A stretch of DNA of 64,000 nt from Chloroflexota bacterium (GCA_964291655.2 OZ219802.1:1728001-1792000), one strand, 5' to 3'. Numbered from the stretch's first letter, positions 9,014 through 19,287 are shown. A program made the numbers and translations. Notes: a model not told the origin generated them from the letters alone.

Positions 9014-9435
9014 GATGTGTTCTACCTCAATACAATAACCAGCGTTCCTGTCATTATAGTACGTGGAAAACGCGTTTGGAAACGCGACCTACGCGGGAGT
9101 TCTCAGTTCTCTCTGCAATTCTAAGTGGAGTGTCGTGGCAAAGGGACTCCACACCACGGTGCATGCGAGTTCTCCGAACAGGTATTCTGAATTGGAGAAG
9201 CCGTAACAGACCCCTTAGAGGATGTTCCGACTCGCTTAGAGTAACTTCAACACCTCCGGTAGAACATCGCAAGAGCAGCAGGCAATGTACGCACTCCTTG
9301 AAGGACCTTGCGATTGATTAGCCGGTAGCGCTAAGTGACTCCCTCTCCCTGGGGAGAGGGAGTCTATTCGCCTGGTGGCCCGTGTTGTGTGGAGGCCCCC
9401 CGGGATGAATGGGCAGCCGCTTAGGAGGTGAGCGT

Positions 9436-9993
9436 TCAGTTGCGCACAATCACGCCGCACGCTACACGACCGCCGGCCCCGGCATCTTCACCGTACGTAT
9501 CCGGCTTCTCATGGATGATGATTGCTGAGCCGTCCTCGTCGAATAGCGAATGGGCGAGGCCCGCCGTCAGGGTCACGTCGCTCGTGAAGACATCAACGCG
9601 CGCCGTGCCGTCGGCTGCCGCGTAGATGTTTGGCAAGTCACCGGCGTGGAAGCCGCCTTCATGCGCGTAGCCGTGGCCACGTCCTTTGGGCGTGAAGTGA
9701 TCACCGGCCGCCGCGAAATCGGGCGTGCAGCTACCCGTCTCATGGATGTGGAAGCCGTGGCCGCCCGGCGTCAAACCGCGTACGTCTGCCGCGATGATTA
9801 CGCCATGCGGCCCCTGGGTCAGCGATACCGTGCCCATTGCGGTACCGTCCGGCGCAGCCATCTGTGCCGTGGCCGTCGCGCCCACCGCCAGCGGTGCGGC
9901 CGGTACTTCCCGAACTTGCACCGCACAACCGGCTAAGACGAGCAGCGCCGCGACGGCGAATAGTAGAAGTATGGCCCTTACAAAGTGACGCAT
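9436..9993 (-). CDS. sodC: Cu/Zn superoxide dismutase family lipoprotein
   Basis: Lipobox LAGC; HGFHIHE, HAGDLPN, IIIHE, RVACGVI. Confidence 0.92.
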   Translation of the reverse strand: MRHFVRAILLLFAVAALLVLAGCAVQVREVPAAPLAVGATATAQMAAPDGTAMGTVSLTQGPHGVIIAADVRGLTPGGHGFHIHETGSCTPDFAAAGDHFTPKGRGHGYAHEGGFHAGDLPNIYAAADGTARVDVFTSDVTLTAGLAHSLFDEDGSAIIIHEKPDTYGEDAGAGGRVACGVIVRN

Positions 9994-10235
9994 TGTCCTC
10001 TCCTTTCAAACATTGCACACGCCGGTACCTATGATACAAGATAGAGTGTGAAGCAATCCTGCCAGCTTCGCATATGTCCAAACACGAGAAGCGCCTTTGC
10101 CGGGATCAGTTGCAGGTGTGGGCCGGTGCCGGAGATACAGGAGCGGGCGCAAGTTTCCAACCTGCGCTACCGGCGCGTCTACCCCTCATTACCGGCTCGT
10201 CGGGCCACCTTTGACAAAAAGGGACGCCACAATAC

Positions 10236-11567
10236 ATGACACAGAGCAGAGTCCAGCGATCCCTCGACCTCTACCAAAAGGCGGAGCAGCTTATCCCCGG
10301 TAGGACGCAACTCATCAGCCGCCGGGCGAGTAGCTTTGCCCACCCCATCAGCCCGATCTATGCCGCTCACGCTAAGGGCTCGCGTTTCACGGACGTTGAC
10401 GGCAACGAGTACATCGACTGGGTAAACGCCGTGACGGCCATCATCCTCGGTCACGCCGACGACGTGGTGGACTCCGCCGTGAAGGCGCAGATCGACAAAG
10501 GCAGCCTCTATAGCCTGAACAGCCCCCTGGAAGTGGAGCTAGCGGAGATCCTGGTGGACACCATCCCCAGCGCGGAGATGGTGCGCTACACCAAGGGCGG
10601 CGGCGAGGCGTGCGCCGTAGCCGTCCGCATTGCCCGCGGCACTACCGGCAAAGACAAGATTCTCTTCTCCGGTTATCACGGCTGGCACGACTGGTACCAA
10701 TCGGCCAACTACCTCGCCGATCCGGCAACCGATGAATTCCCCTTCGCGGGCATCGAGCCCATCGGCGTGCCCCGGGCGCTGGCAGGCACCGCGGTCCCCT
10801 TCACCTATGGCGATCTTGCGAGCCTGCAAAGTGCCTTTGCGGAACACACAGGCGAGGTAGCGGCGGTAATGATGGAAGCGATGCGCTCCGAGCCGCCGGA
10901 ACCGGGCTATCTGGAAGCGGTCAAGTCCATGTGTCACGCCAACGACGCGCTCTTCATTCTCGACGAAGTGTCATCAGGCTGGCGCTTGTCCCTTGGCGGC
11001 GCGCAGGAGTGGCTCGGTGTCACGCCCGATATGGCCACCTTTGCCAAGTCCATGTCGAACGGCTACGCCATGGGCTGCGTAGTGGGTTCCCGCGCGGCGA
11101 TGGAACCCGCCGGTCGCATGTTCGTTTCAAGTTCGTACTGGAGCGAGCCCGTGGGTCTCGCGGCGTCGATTGCGACCATCGGCGAGCTCAAGCGGCGCGA
11201 CGGGCCCGCGCGCTTCAAGGAAATCGGCGAGAAGGTGCGGGCGGCGCTGCAGGACGCCATAGCATCGGTGGGCATTGCGGCTTCCGTAACCGGCGTCCAC
11301 ACGCTGCCGACGCTGGTATTCGACCTGCCGGATACCGACTTGAAGAAGCCGGTTGAGACGCTCTTCATCCAGGAAATGGTGAAGCGCGGCATCTTTTGTC
11401 CGATGACGTTCACGGCCACACTGGCGCACACTGAAGAGGACATTGCACGGACTGCCGCGGCCGCGGCGGAGTCTTTGGAGATCGTGAAACATGCACTCGC
11501 CGGGGAGCTAGACACGCTGCTGGAAGCCGAGACGAAACGGGAGCCGTTTCGCCGTCTCGTGCGGTAA
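10236..11567 (+). CDS. Class III PLP aminotransferase (glutamate-1-semialdehyde aminomutase-like)
   Basis: DVDGNEYID, GYHGWHDW, FILDEV, FAKSMSNG. Confidence 0.88.
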   Translation: MTQSRVQRSLDLYQKAEQLIPGRTQLISRRASSFAHPISPIYAAHAKGSRFTDVDGNEYIDWVNAVTAIILGHADDVVDSAVKAQIDKGSLYSLNSPLEVELAEILVDTIPSAEMVRYTKGGGEACAVAVRIARGTTGKDKILFSGYHGWHDWYQSANYLADPATDEFPFAGIEPIGVPRALAGTAVPFTYGDLASLQSAFAEHTGEVAAVMMEAMRSEPPEPGYLEAVKSMCHANDALFILDEVSSGWRLSLGGAQEWLGVTPDMATFAKSMSNGYAMGCVVGSRAAMEPAGRMFVSSSYWSEPVGLAASIATIGELKRRDGPARFKEIGEKVRAALQDAIASVGIAASVTGVHTLPTLVFDLPDTDLKKPVETLFIQEMVKRGIFCPMTFTATLAHTEEDIARTAAAAAESLEIVKHALAGELDTLLEAETKREPFRRLVR

Positions 11568-11670
11568 AGCCCAGAGCTAAGGTTCTGAGCGGACGGGCAT
11601 GCGGCGCGGCTCCTCATGCGCAGGAGCGCAAGTTCGCCCTTAATTCTAGAAAGAGGAGTCACGCGGCGGC

Positions 11671-12606
11671 ATGGAAGCGGGCCGGATTAGTCTTTCGGTA
11701 ATCGTCGTCTCGTACAACACGCGGGAACTCTTAGCGCGTTGCCTCGCGTCCATTGCCGCGGAGCCGCGACCACCTGATGAGGTTATTGTGGTGGACAATG
11801 CGTCCGCCGACGACAGCGTGGCAATGGTGCGCGAGCAATTTCCCCACGTCCAGGTGATTGCCAATGCGGAGAACCGGGGCTTTGCTGCAGCGACCAACCA
11901 GGGCTTGCAGGCCGCGACCGGCGACTTTCTCTGCCTGCTCAACCCGGACACTGAGCTCTTCCCCGGCGCTCTGTCTGCGCTCGCTTCCTACCTTGCAGCG
12001 CACCCGGAGGTTGGCGTGGCGGGGCCGACGTTGCTCAACTCCGACGGCACCTATCAACACGCAGCCTTCCGCTTTCCCACACTGCCTATGGCGTTAATTG
12101 ACTTCTTTCCCCTCAACCATCGCCTGCTAAACTCGCGTTTGAACGGGCGGTACCCGTTCAGGCTCTACGAGCACCCGTTCGCTATGGACCATCCCCTCGG
12201 GGCATGCATGATGGTGCGGCGCGAGGCGTGCGCCGACGTGGGCCTGCTGGATGAACGGTTCTTCATGTACTGCGAGGAGATCGACTGGTGCCGCCGCATC
12301 AAGCGGGCGGATTGGGAAGTCATGCACGTGCCCGGCGCGCGCGTAGTGCACCACGGCGGTCAGAGCACCAAGCAGACCGCCGGACGCATGTTCGTGGAGT
12401 TGCATCGCAGCCGCTTCCGTCTCTTCGCCAAGCACCATGGGAGGGGCTATCAATGGGCAGCCCGAGCAATCGTGACGGTCGGCATGCTATGGCAACTCAT
12501 CGGCCTGCTGCCGCAAAGGGCGCGTCACTTCCGCGACCAATTCCTCCAAGATCGCTGGCGAAGCCGCCTGCAGGTACTGGCGCTCGCGCTCAAGGGCGAA
12601 AACTAG
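11671..12606 (+). CDS. Glycosyltransferase family 2 (WbbL-like)
   Basis: VIVVSYNT, VVDNAS, NRGFAAA, LLNPD, FFMYCEE. Confidence 0.92.
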   Translation: MEAGRISLSVIVVSYNTRELLARCLASIAAEPRPPDEVIVVDNASADDSVAMVREQFPHVQVIANAENRGFAAATNQGLQAATGDFLCLLNPDTELFPGALSALASYLAAHPEVGVAGPTLLNSDGTYQHAAFRFPTLPMALIDFFPLNHRLLNSRLNGRYPFRLYEHPFAMDHPLGACMMVRREACADVGLLDERFFMYCEEIDWCRRIKRADWEVMHVPGARVVHHGGQSTKQTAGRMFVELHRSRFRLFAKHHGRGYQWAARAIVTVGMLWQLIGLLPQRARHFRDQFLQDRWRSRLQVLALALKGEN

Positions 12607-12609
12607 CCG

Positions 12610-14535
12610 ATGCCACGCTCCCTAGGGACTGCGATGAGCACACTTCCCTATGCGTCCGCGACAGAGCCTACCGTACGCGCGATTCAAGGCAAGAAGCCGC
12701 CCGCAATGGGTTGTTCCGGCACAGAAGCAGTTCCATCTCCTTCCTGTCATTCGCCTGATAGCGGGAACCCATCTTCTGCAAGACCACGCACCGGCATCAC
12801 GGCCGTGGTACTTACCCGCAACGTGGAGTCCGTTATAGATGCGTGCCTTACTTGCCTAGTCTGGGCCGAAAACATCATAGTGGTGGATGATTTCAGCAAT
12901 GACAACACGCGCGCCATTTGCGAAAGAGCCGGCGCCCGCGTGTTTGAGCGCACCCTTGAGAGCTTTGCCGCGCAGCGCAACTTCGCGCTGACTCACGTGC
13001 AGACGCCGTGGGTGCTCTTTGTTGATTCAGACGAGCACGTCTCCCCCGCGCTGGCAACAGAAATCCAAGAAGCGGTGCGCGACGAGACCGTCGCAGGCTA
13101 CTGGATCCCGCGCAAAAACCTCTTCAACGGACGCTGGGTCAGACATGCGGGGTGGGGCCCTGACTATCAGCTCCGGCTGTTTCGCGTCGCGCAAGGACGC
13201 TATGATCCAACCCGCTTTGCTCACGAAACCGTGGTGCTCGACGGTCCTGACAAGCGCCTGACAGAACTCCTCACACATTACAATTACTCCTCAGTACGGC
13301 AATTCATCGCCAAGCAGCGGCGTTATGCGCAATTGGAAGCGCGCAGACTCTGGCTCGATGGGCAACGGGTGCGTTGGCGCAACTATATTCTGCAACCCTT
13401 GCGGGCGTTTAATCGTCGTTACTTTACGTGGCGAGGCTATGCCGATGGTTGGCTGGGGCTCGCGCTGAGCGCGGCGATGGTCTATTTTGAATGGCGCACG
13501 TATCGAAACCTCGCCGCTTTGGAACGGGACCCCACAACGCGGGTGTGGCAGGAATTTCGCGCCCTACCGGCGGCAACGTGCGATGTATCCGTAGTGATCG
13601 TCTCGTATAATGTGGCCGACTTGCTCGCAAGTTCCATCGCATCGGTTTTGGCCGACATGGAGCGCGCCGGCATCGATGGCGAAGCAATCGTAGTGGACAA
13701 TGCCTCACAGGATGATAGTGTGGCAACGGTAAGCGCGAGATTCCCCAACGTGCGCCTGATCGAAAACTCTACGAATGTGGGGTTCGGGTGCGCGGCAAAC
13801 CAGGGGATGCTCGCTGCCAGAGGTGAAATGGTGGTCGTCCTGAATCCCGATGCGAGCGTTCAGCACGGTTTCTTCGCAGCAGTCCGAGACCATCTGGCAC
13901 AGGAGCAGCATGTCGGGCTGTTGGGCCCACATATTGTCCAAGCAGATGGTACCACCCAGTCGACCTGCCGCCGATCTTATTCGCTTGTCACCGCACTCCT
14001 GGAAAGCACGCCGCTCCAGTGGTGGTTCGGCGAGTCACCCGCTCTCCAACGCTTTTACTGCCGTGACTTGGACGAGACCCAAGCGGCCAAGGTTGATTGG
14101 GTGGTGGGCGCTTGCCTCGTCGTGCGGCGGGAGGTGCTGAAAGCAGTAGGCGGCTTCGATCCACGCTTCTTCATGTACTTCGAAGAGACCGATTGGTGCC
14201 GCCGGATTAGAGAAGCGGGTTGGGACGTGGGCTATTTTCCCGGAGCGCACGCACTGCACCACGAGAGCCAGAGCGCCGACCAGGACCTCATAGCCCGCGC
14301 CCTGAATTTCCACCGCAGTCGTCATATGTTCGTAGCAAAAGAGCGCGGCCGCTTGGTTGCATTGCTATTGCGGGCCGTCATAGGAATCTTGTATGCCGTC
14401 TACACCGTCCAGCAGGCCGCGAAGGTGCCAATAAAACGATACAACCGAGAACTACGCAAGAACGTCGCCGTGCTCGCACACGTGACACTGTGGTACCTTA
14501 CCGGCATTTCCGGAGGGGGTAGACGTCACGCATAA
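12610..14535 (+). CDS. Tandem two-domain GT2 (WaaE/KdtX-like plus WbbL-like); start uncertain
   Basis: First domain VVDDFS, QRNFAL, FVDSDE; second domain VIVSYN, VVDNAS, LNPD, FFMYFEE. Confidence 0.88.
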   Translation: MPRSLGTAMSTLPYASATEPTVRAIQGKKPPAMGCSGTEAVPSPSCHSPDSGNPSSARPRTGITAVVLTRNVESVIDACLTCLVWAENIIVVDDFSNDNTRAICERAGARVFERTLESFAAQRNFALTHVQTPWVLFVDSDEHVSPALATEIQEAVRDETVAGYWIPRKNLFNGRWVRHAGWGPDYQLRLFRVAQGRYDPTRFAHETVVLDGPDKRLTELLTHYNYSSVRQFIAKQRRYAQLEARRLWLDGQRVRWRNYILQPLRAFNRRYFTWRGYADGWLGLALSAAMVYFEWRTYRNLAALERDPTTRVWQEFRALPAATCDVSVVIVSYNVADLLASSIASVLADMERAGIDGEAIVVDNASQDDSVATVSARFPNVRLIENSTNVGFGCAANQGMLAARGEMVVVLNPDASVQHGFFAAVRDHLAQEQHVGLLGPHIVQADGTTQSTCRRSYSLVTALLESTPLQWWFGESPALQRFYCRDLDETQAAKVDWVVGACLVVRREVLKAVGGFDPRFFMYFEETDWCRRIREAGWDVGYFPGAHALHHESQSADQDLIARALNFHRSRHMFVAKERGRLVALLLRAVIGILYAVYTVQQAAKVPIKRYNRELRKNVAVLAHVTLWYLTGISGGGRRHA

Positions 14536-14648
14536 TGCAGGTGCGCACTCCGCTTGCGCGGGGCATTGGCAGTTTACGCTGCGGCCCTCGTGCCGCGTTA
14601 GATCGTGTCCGTCAAAGTGGTTAGTCTTGAGCCCGAGCTTTTCCCTGG

Positions 14649-14880
14649 GAGACCCTTGCGAAACTTGAGCGGTAGCGCGAGCGCTTCCTCTCCCTCGACG
14701 GAAGAGGGCTTGGGTGATGGTAAGTCTCCTTAAGTCTCTCGATACGCACACCGAATCTGCCCTGATATGTCCTGACACTGCCCAGTGTAAAGGGCCATTG
14801 CAGCAAAAGGCCCCCTCACCCCGTCCCTCTCCCCCAGGAGAGAGGTTTTCTCGCCTGCAGATGAGTTTCGCAGAGGTCTC
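14649..14880. mobile_element. MITE family B with IS5-like ends (GAGACC...GGTCTC), containing ccctctccc/gggagaggg REPs
   Basis: TIR gagacccttgcgaaac / gtttcgcagaggtctc; body matches 25310-25519 in inverted orientation. Confidence 0.65.
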
Positions 14881-15069
14881 CAGCGGGAGAATGGGACTTT
14901 CTTGCCTTGGCAATGGTTATGCGGAGATATCCGACCGGGAGAATGCAAGAGCCTGCCCTGTTGTACGATACGGAGGCGAGAGTGCACCACCGGCACACGG
15001 TCAAGTTGACTGAGCAAACGACCAAGTAGACGCTGTCCGCGGCAAGCAAGTTCCAATTGCGATTACTCT

Positions 15070-16278
15070 ATGCGCATTCTCTTTGTCACAGGCGAATACC
15101 CTCCCCTACAGGGCGGCATTGCCGACTACACGGCGGCGCTGCGGGCGGAACTCCGCGCGCTGGACGTCACCAGCGAGGTGCTGACCGACTCCGCTTGCGC
15201 CAGTACGGAGCCTACCGTGCATCCCGTAGTGAGCACATGGAGCTTTCCCTTCTGGAGTATCGCCCAACAGATCATCAGCGAACGCCAGATTGACGTGGTG
15301 CACATTCAGTACCAGACCGCGGCCTTCGACCTGAATCCTGCCATCAACCTGTTGCCGTGGTATCTGCGGCGGCGCACGCCGCGCCCGGCCATAGTCACCA
15401 CGTTCCACGACCTTCATGAACCCTATCTCTTTCCAAAAGCGGGCCCCGTCCGCCGCTGGGTGACCCGCATGCTCGGTCGTCACAGCGACTCACTCATTTT
15501 CACAACGCAAGTTGACCGTGAAGCGTGGGGCGCAGCGGGGGGTGCGGGCGAGCCTCTTGCGCAGAAGACGCCAACCCACCAGATCGACATCGGGGCAAAC
15601 ATTGCCGAAGTCCCCATCACCGCGGAGCGGCGGCAAGCGCTCCGTGCCGAGTGCGGTGTCAAGCCCGATGCTTTCCTGGTGGGTTTCTTCGGCTTCGTTA
15701 ACCACACCAAAGGGCTCGATACGCTCTTTAGGGCGGTGCGCTTGCTGCGCGACCGGCAGATTCCTGTGCAAGTGCTCATCGTTGGCGGCAGCCTGGGCGA
15801 CAGCGATCCGACCAATGCCGTCTACAAGGAGCACTTGGAGCGCATAATTCGCAGGCTGGACTTGGACATGGGAGATATTCTGCTCAGCACAGGCTACTTG
15901 GAAGCAGCGGATGCGTCGCGTGCGCTGGCCACCTGCGACGCGTTGGCCCTGCCCTTCACGGACGGGGTATCCTTGCGCCGCGGAAGCCTGCTGGCGGCGC
16001 TTGACCATGGCCTGCCGGTGGTGAGCACCCATCCCAAACCACCGTCGCCGGAGATACAAGAGAGCGGAGCCATGTTGCTCGTGCCTGCCGACGACCCACC
16101 GGCCCTCAGTGACGCGCTCCACCGCCTCTACGAAAACCCAGCGCTGGGCGAGACCCTAGCCGCCGCCGCCCGGCAGTTTGCCCAACGCTTCTCATGGCAC
16201 CGCATCGCCGAACACAACCTGGCTGTGTACACCGCGGCCTGCAAACGCAGAACGCGTGTCATAGGCAAAACCAAATGA
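15070..16278 (+). CDS. Glycosyltransferase family 4
   Basis: MRILFVTGEYPP..GGIADY, TTFHD, FGFV..TKG, GLPVVST, FSW. Confidence 0.9.
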   Translation: MRILFVTGEYPPLQGGIADYTAALRAELRALDVTSEVLTDSACASTEPTVHPVVSTWSFPFWSIAQQIISERQIDVVHIQYQTAAFDLNPAINLLPWYLRRRTPRPAIVTTFHDLHEPYLFPKAGPVRRWVTRMLGRHSDSLIFTTQVDREAWGAAGGAGEPLAQKTPTHQIDIGANIAEVPITAERRQALRAECGVKPDAFLVGFFGFVNHTKGLDTLFRAVRLLRDRQIPVQVLIVGGSLGDSDPTNAVYKEHLERIIRRLDLDMGDILLSTGYLEAADASRALATCDALALPFTDGVSLRRGSLLAALDHGLPVVSTHPKPPSPEIQESGAMLLVPADDPPALSDALHRLYENPALGETLAAAARQFAQRFSWHRIAEHNLAVYTAACKRRTRVIGKTK

Positions 16279-16279
16279 A

Positions 16280-16858
16280 CTAAACCGTGGCGCGTCTCAT
16301 TCTTCGGCGAGCTTGGTTCTGCCTCAAAACACCTGTCACATTTAATCTGTAACGCACCATTTTTTCGCTTACGCTACACTTCTTTGCGATTTCGGCAGGG
16401 CTCGAATTCTTACGGACTTCTGCCAAGAGCAACGCCCGGGGTAACAGAAGGCATCCCGACAACCATGCAGCTTCCTCCTCCTGAATTGCGTCACACGTTA
16501 GAAAGGTAAGGTCGCCGAGCCTCTCAATCCGGCTTAACTTGTGGTTGAGGAGGATGTGAGCAAGTTCATGCGCTAGATCGCTGTTTCGGCGTGACTTGGC
16601 AGACAGTGGATTGTACACAACCACGACGCGATTAGAGGTAGGCCGAAGCGTGCATGCTGAAAAGGCTCCTGGTTGAATCCTGTCAAGTTCGTCAAATCGG
16701 TGGCGTGGGATCAAGGCATCGCCAGCCAATATCTCAACACTTAAGAATTTTGCGAGCGACTGGGGTGAAACAACTTGAGCAGCAGTCAGACCTAGTTCTA
16801 CTCGAACGCCTGCAGCGATCCTTTCCGCCTCTGATTTAAAGCCTCTGCGGAGAGTCAT
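16280..16858 (-). CDS. ImmA/IrrE (CapP-like) metallopeptidase
   Basis: AHELAH (HExxH), EEEA...LLLP; overlaps the upstream HTH gene. Confidence 0.88.
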   Translation of the reverse strand: MTLRRGFKSEAERIAAGVRVELGLTAAQVVSPQSLAKFLSVEILAGDALIPRHRFDELDRIQPGAFSACTLRPTSNRVVVVYNPLSAKSRRNSDLAHELAHILLNHKLSRIERLGDLTFLTCDAIQEEEAAWLSGCLLLPRALLLAEVRKNSSPAEIAKKCSVSEKMVRYRLNVTGVLRQNQARRRMRRATV

Positions 16859-17315
16859 GTTCAGGTTCCTTTTCGAGCGCCTTATTCAAGTCCTTAAGGA
16901 GTGATCCAAGAGCCCGCGCAAATTCTGGCTTAAAGGTGGTTGCTGCTCGAAGATGTGCTGCAGATGCCTCTTCGCGATTCGCCAAAGCTTGGTAAAGCTC
17001 CTTTACAATCGTTGCGATGTGCTCAGCCGCGCCTTCAGGAAGACTCGGATCAGATCGAAGGTGCTCAGCAATAGTGTCTGTGGTTGACACGCTCTTTTCT
17101 TGCAACTCGAAGAACTGGTTTACGTCCGCACCACACCAATCGACGAGCCTCTTGAACTTCGGAAGATCAGGCATATGTCCCCTCTCCACTCGTGCGAGTG
17201 TATTGAAGGGAATTCCAATATCGCTTGCGGCTTCTCGAAGGCTCATACCTCGTCGATTTCGCTCCTCCGCGACGAGGCGACCGAGGTCACCAAGCTCTAA
17301 AACACCTGTAGCCAT
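16836..17315 (-). CDS. XRE-family HTH regulator (CapH/ImmR-like)
   Basis: RRGMSLREAASDIGIPFNTLARVERG. Confidence 0.88.
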   Translation of the reverse strand: MATGVLELGDLGRLVAEERNRRGMSLREAASDIGIPFNTLARVERGHMPDLPKFKRLVDWCGADVNQFFELQEKSVSTTDTIAEHLRSDPSLPEGAAEHIATIVKELYQALANREEASAAHLRAATTFKPEFARALGSLLKDLNKALEKEPEHDSPQRL

Positions 17316-17331
17316 AGGGCCTCCTGTACTA

Positions 17332-17410
17332 TTTGTGGTACAAGTACCACCAAAGGGTTGACACAGGCAGCACGCACATGTTACGGTTTGATTGTATCAC
17401 AAATGGTACT
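17332..17410. promoter_or_regulatory. Divergent promoter region with candidate operator GTGGTAC-aa-GTACCAC and a TTGACA -35 box
   Basis: Perfect 7-bp inverted repeat 17335-17350; TTGACA 17358-17363; related half-sites near 17394-17409. Confidence 0.5.
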
Positions 17411-17442
17411 GCATATACTTTTGCAACAATCTATGGAGTTTT

Positions 17443-17697
17443 ATGATGGCTAACGACAAGGACAAAGTACGTATCACAGTGAACGGCCGCAAGAAGGTGG
17501 TTTCTTCGGATGAACTCACCTACGACGAAGTCGTCTTGCTCGCTTACAATCCAGTGCCTTCGGGCCCAGAAATCATACTTACTGTAACGTACCGGGATGG
17601 TGCGGGACGACCTCCGGAAGGTAGGCTCTTGCCTGGCCAAGACGTAAAGATCCGAGATGGGACGGTCTTCAATGTCACAGTCACTGATAAATCGTAG
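17443..17697 (+). CDS. Ubiquitin-like (Multi_ubiq-type beta-grasp) protein, single domain
   Basis: ITVNGR...LTYDEVVLLA...TVTY...G.L.PGQ.V.I.DG.VFNVT.TDKS; GGAG RBS. Confidence 0.8.
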   Translation: MMANDKDKVRITVNGRKKVVSSDELTYDEVVLLAYNPVPSGPEIILTVTYRDGAGRPPEGRLLPGQDVKIRDGTVFNVTVTDKS

Positions 17698-18847
17698 CCC
17701 GGACCTCAGTCGGCTTCAAGTGGAAGGGTACGAAATTGAAGTCCGATCAGGCTACCTTCTATTGAAAGGCATACCTTACGTTACAAGCAATCGCAACACA
17801 TCTCGTGGCACTTTGGTTTCAGAACTGTCACTTGCGGGAAATGTTACAGCCAAGCCTAGTACTCATGTTGTGATGTTCGTCGGAGACATGCCTTGCGATG
17901 AAGGAGGGCGTCCCCTTATGCAGATCCACAACTCCAGTACGCCCGCAGAACTCGCAAGAGGGCTCGCAATTGACCATACATTCTCAAGTAAGCCCAGTGA
18001 AGGCTACAGAGACTATTACGACAAGATGAGCACTTACGCGCATATAGTTTCCGGGCCCGCCCTATCCATCAACCCTAACTTGAAAGTCCAAACCTTCACC
18101 GTTGATGAGCCTCAAGATGAAGGCTCAACGTTTAAGTACATTGATACAGCGTCGAGCCGTGCCGGAATTGTTGCTGCGACCGAAAAACTCGCAACAGGCA
18201 CGGTTGCGATTGTTGGACTTGGGGGTACTGGCTCATACATTCTTGACTTTATAGCCAAAACGCCCGTAAAAGAGATCTATCTATTCGACGGCGACAGGTT
18301 CGGGCAGCATAACGCGTTTCGCTCCCCAGGCGCGCCGACTTTGGATACCCTGAAGAGGGCACCACAGAAGGCTGAATATTTTTGCAGTGTTTATTCCAAG
18401 ATGCGGAACCGAATTATCTTCGAGAATGAATACCTTGAGGAATCGACAATTGATCGTCTCCGCAAAATGGACTTTGCCTTCTTGGCGGTCGATAGGGGAT
18501 CTAGCAGGAGACTCGTGGTTGAGAAACTCCGCGAGTTCGGTGTGCCATTCATCGATGCAGGGATGGGTGTGAGCCAAGTAGACGGTTCCCTACTGGGCCA
18601 GCTAAGGGTGACAACGAGCTCTTCAGATCAAAGCGATCACATTGACTCAACCGTGCCATTTTCAGATGGCAACAATGAAGATGAATACACGAGCAACATA
18701 CAAATTGCTGAACTAAACGCGCTAAGCGCAGCCTTGGCTGTGATCAAATGGAAAAAGCTAATGGGATTCTATGCTGATCTAGAGAACGAGCACTCATCGT
18801 ATTATCAGATCGATGGCAATTTTCTAATTAATGAGAACAAAGCGTGA
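17672..18847 (+). CDS. DUF6791 (E2-like) plus ThiF/E1 adenylation domain protein
   Basis: GLGGTGS, DGD..HN..R, K, AVD, IDAGMG; N-terminal domain with H-x4-G-x2-PC and FSSKP...Y.DYY.K. Confidence 0.82.
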   Translation: MSQSLINRSPDLSRLQVEGYEIEVRSGYLLLKGIPYVTSNRNTSRGTLVSELSLAGNVTAKPSTHVVMFVGDMPCDEGGRPLMQIHNSSTPAELARGLAIDHTFSSKPSEGYRDYYDKMSTYAHIVSGPALSINPNLKVQTFTVDEPQDEGSTFKYIDTASSRAGIVAATEKLATGTVAIVGLGGTGSYILDFIAKTPVKEIYLFDGDRFGQHNAFRSPGAPTLDTLKRAPQKAEYFCSVYSKMRNRIIFENEYLEESTIDRLRKMDFAFLAVDRGSSRRLVVEKLREFGVPFIDAGMGVSQVDGSLLGQLRVTTSSSDQSDHIDSTVPFSDGNNEDEYTSNIQIAELNALSAALAVIKWKKLMGFYADLENEHSSYYQIDGNFLINENKA

Positions 18848-19287
18848 CTCGATTTAGCTCTCTCACGCACAAATTCGTCAGCTACATTCCGGATTCACTA
18901 TGCGAGGGTGTACTTTATGTATCTATACCTTTCGCTACGGTCGTACACAAGTGTTGCTGCGGTTGCGGAAATGAAGTTGTTACGCCACTAGACCCATCAG
19001 ATTGGCAAATGACCTTCGACGGTAAGTCGATTTCTCTTCAACCGTCGATTGGTAATTGGGGACTTGCATGCCAATCTCACTATTGGATCAAAAGCAATCA
19101 AGTAGTGTGGGCATCGCGTATGTCTGAAGAGCAAATTGCTTGGGTTAGAATCAAAGACCGCTTAGCTAAAGCCAAGCAGTATGGCGGATCAAGTGGCTTT
19201 TGCGCATGCATATTGAAAGAAGCGAAGTCACCTAAATTTTGGAAGTACCTTTGGCGCTCCTGCAGTGAGAGCCTGCGGCGAAATTAG
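18844..19287 (+). CDS. DUF6527-like Cys/His-rich protein
   Basis: HKCCCGCG..VVTPL, SLQPSIGNW, CQSHYWI; GTGA overlap with ThiF stop. Confidence 0.8.
   Translation: MTRFSSLTHKFVSYIPDSLCEGVLYVSIPFATVVHKCCCGCGNEVVTPLDPSDWQMTFDGKSISLQPSIGNWGLACQSHYWIKSNQVVWASRMSEEQIAWVRIKDRLAKAKQYGGSSGFCACILKEAKSPKFWKYLWRSCSESLRRN

Noticed and set aside
9020-9330. Cobalamin or metal riboswitch upstream of the lone cbiO-like gene
   Set aside because: Some hairpins (9125-9152, ~9170-9199) and a TATAAT box are present, but I could not find B12-box or NiCo consensus motifs; an Infernal/Rfam scan would be needed
14540-15060. Short ORFs between the glycosyltransferase genes
   Set aside because: They translate REP/MITE sequence (PSPRPSP-type peptides) and are likely spurious
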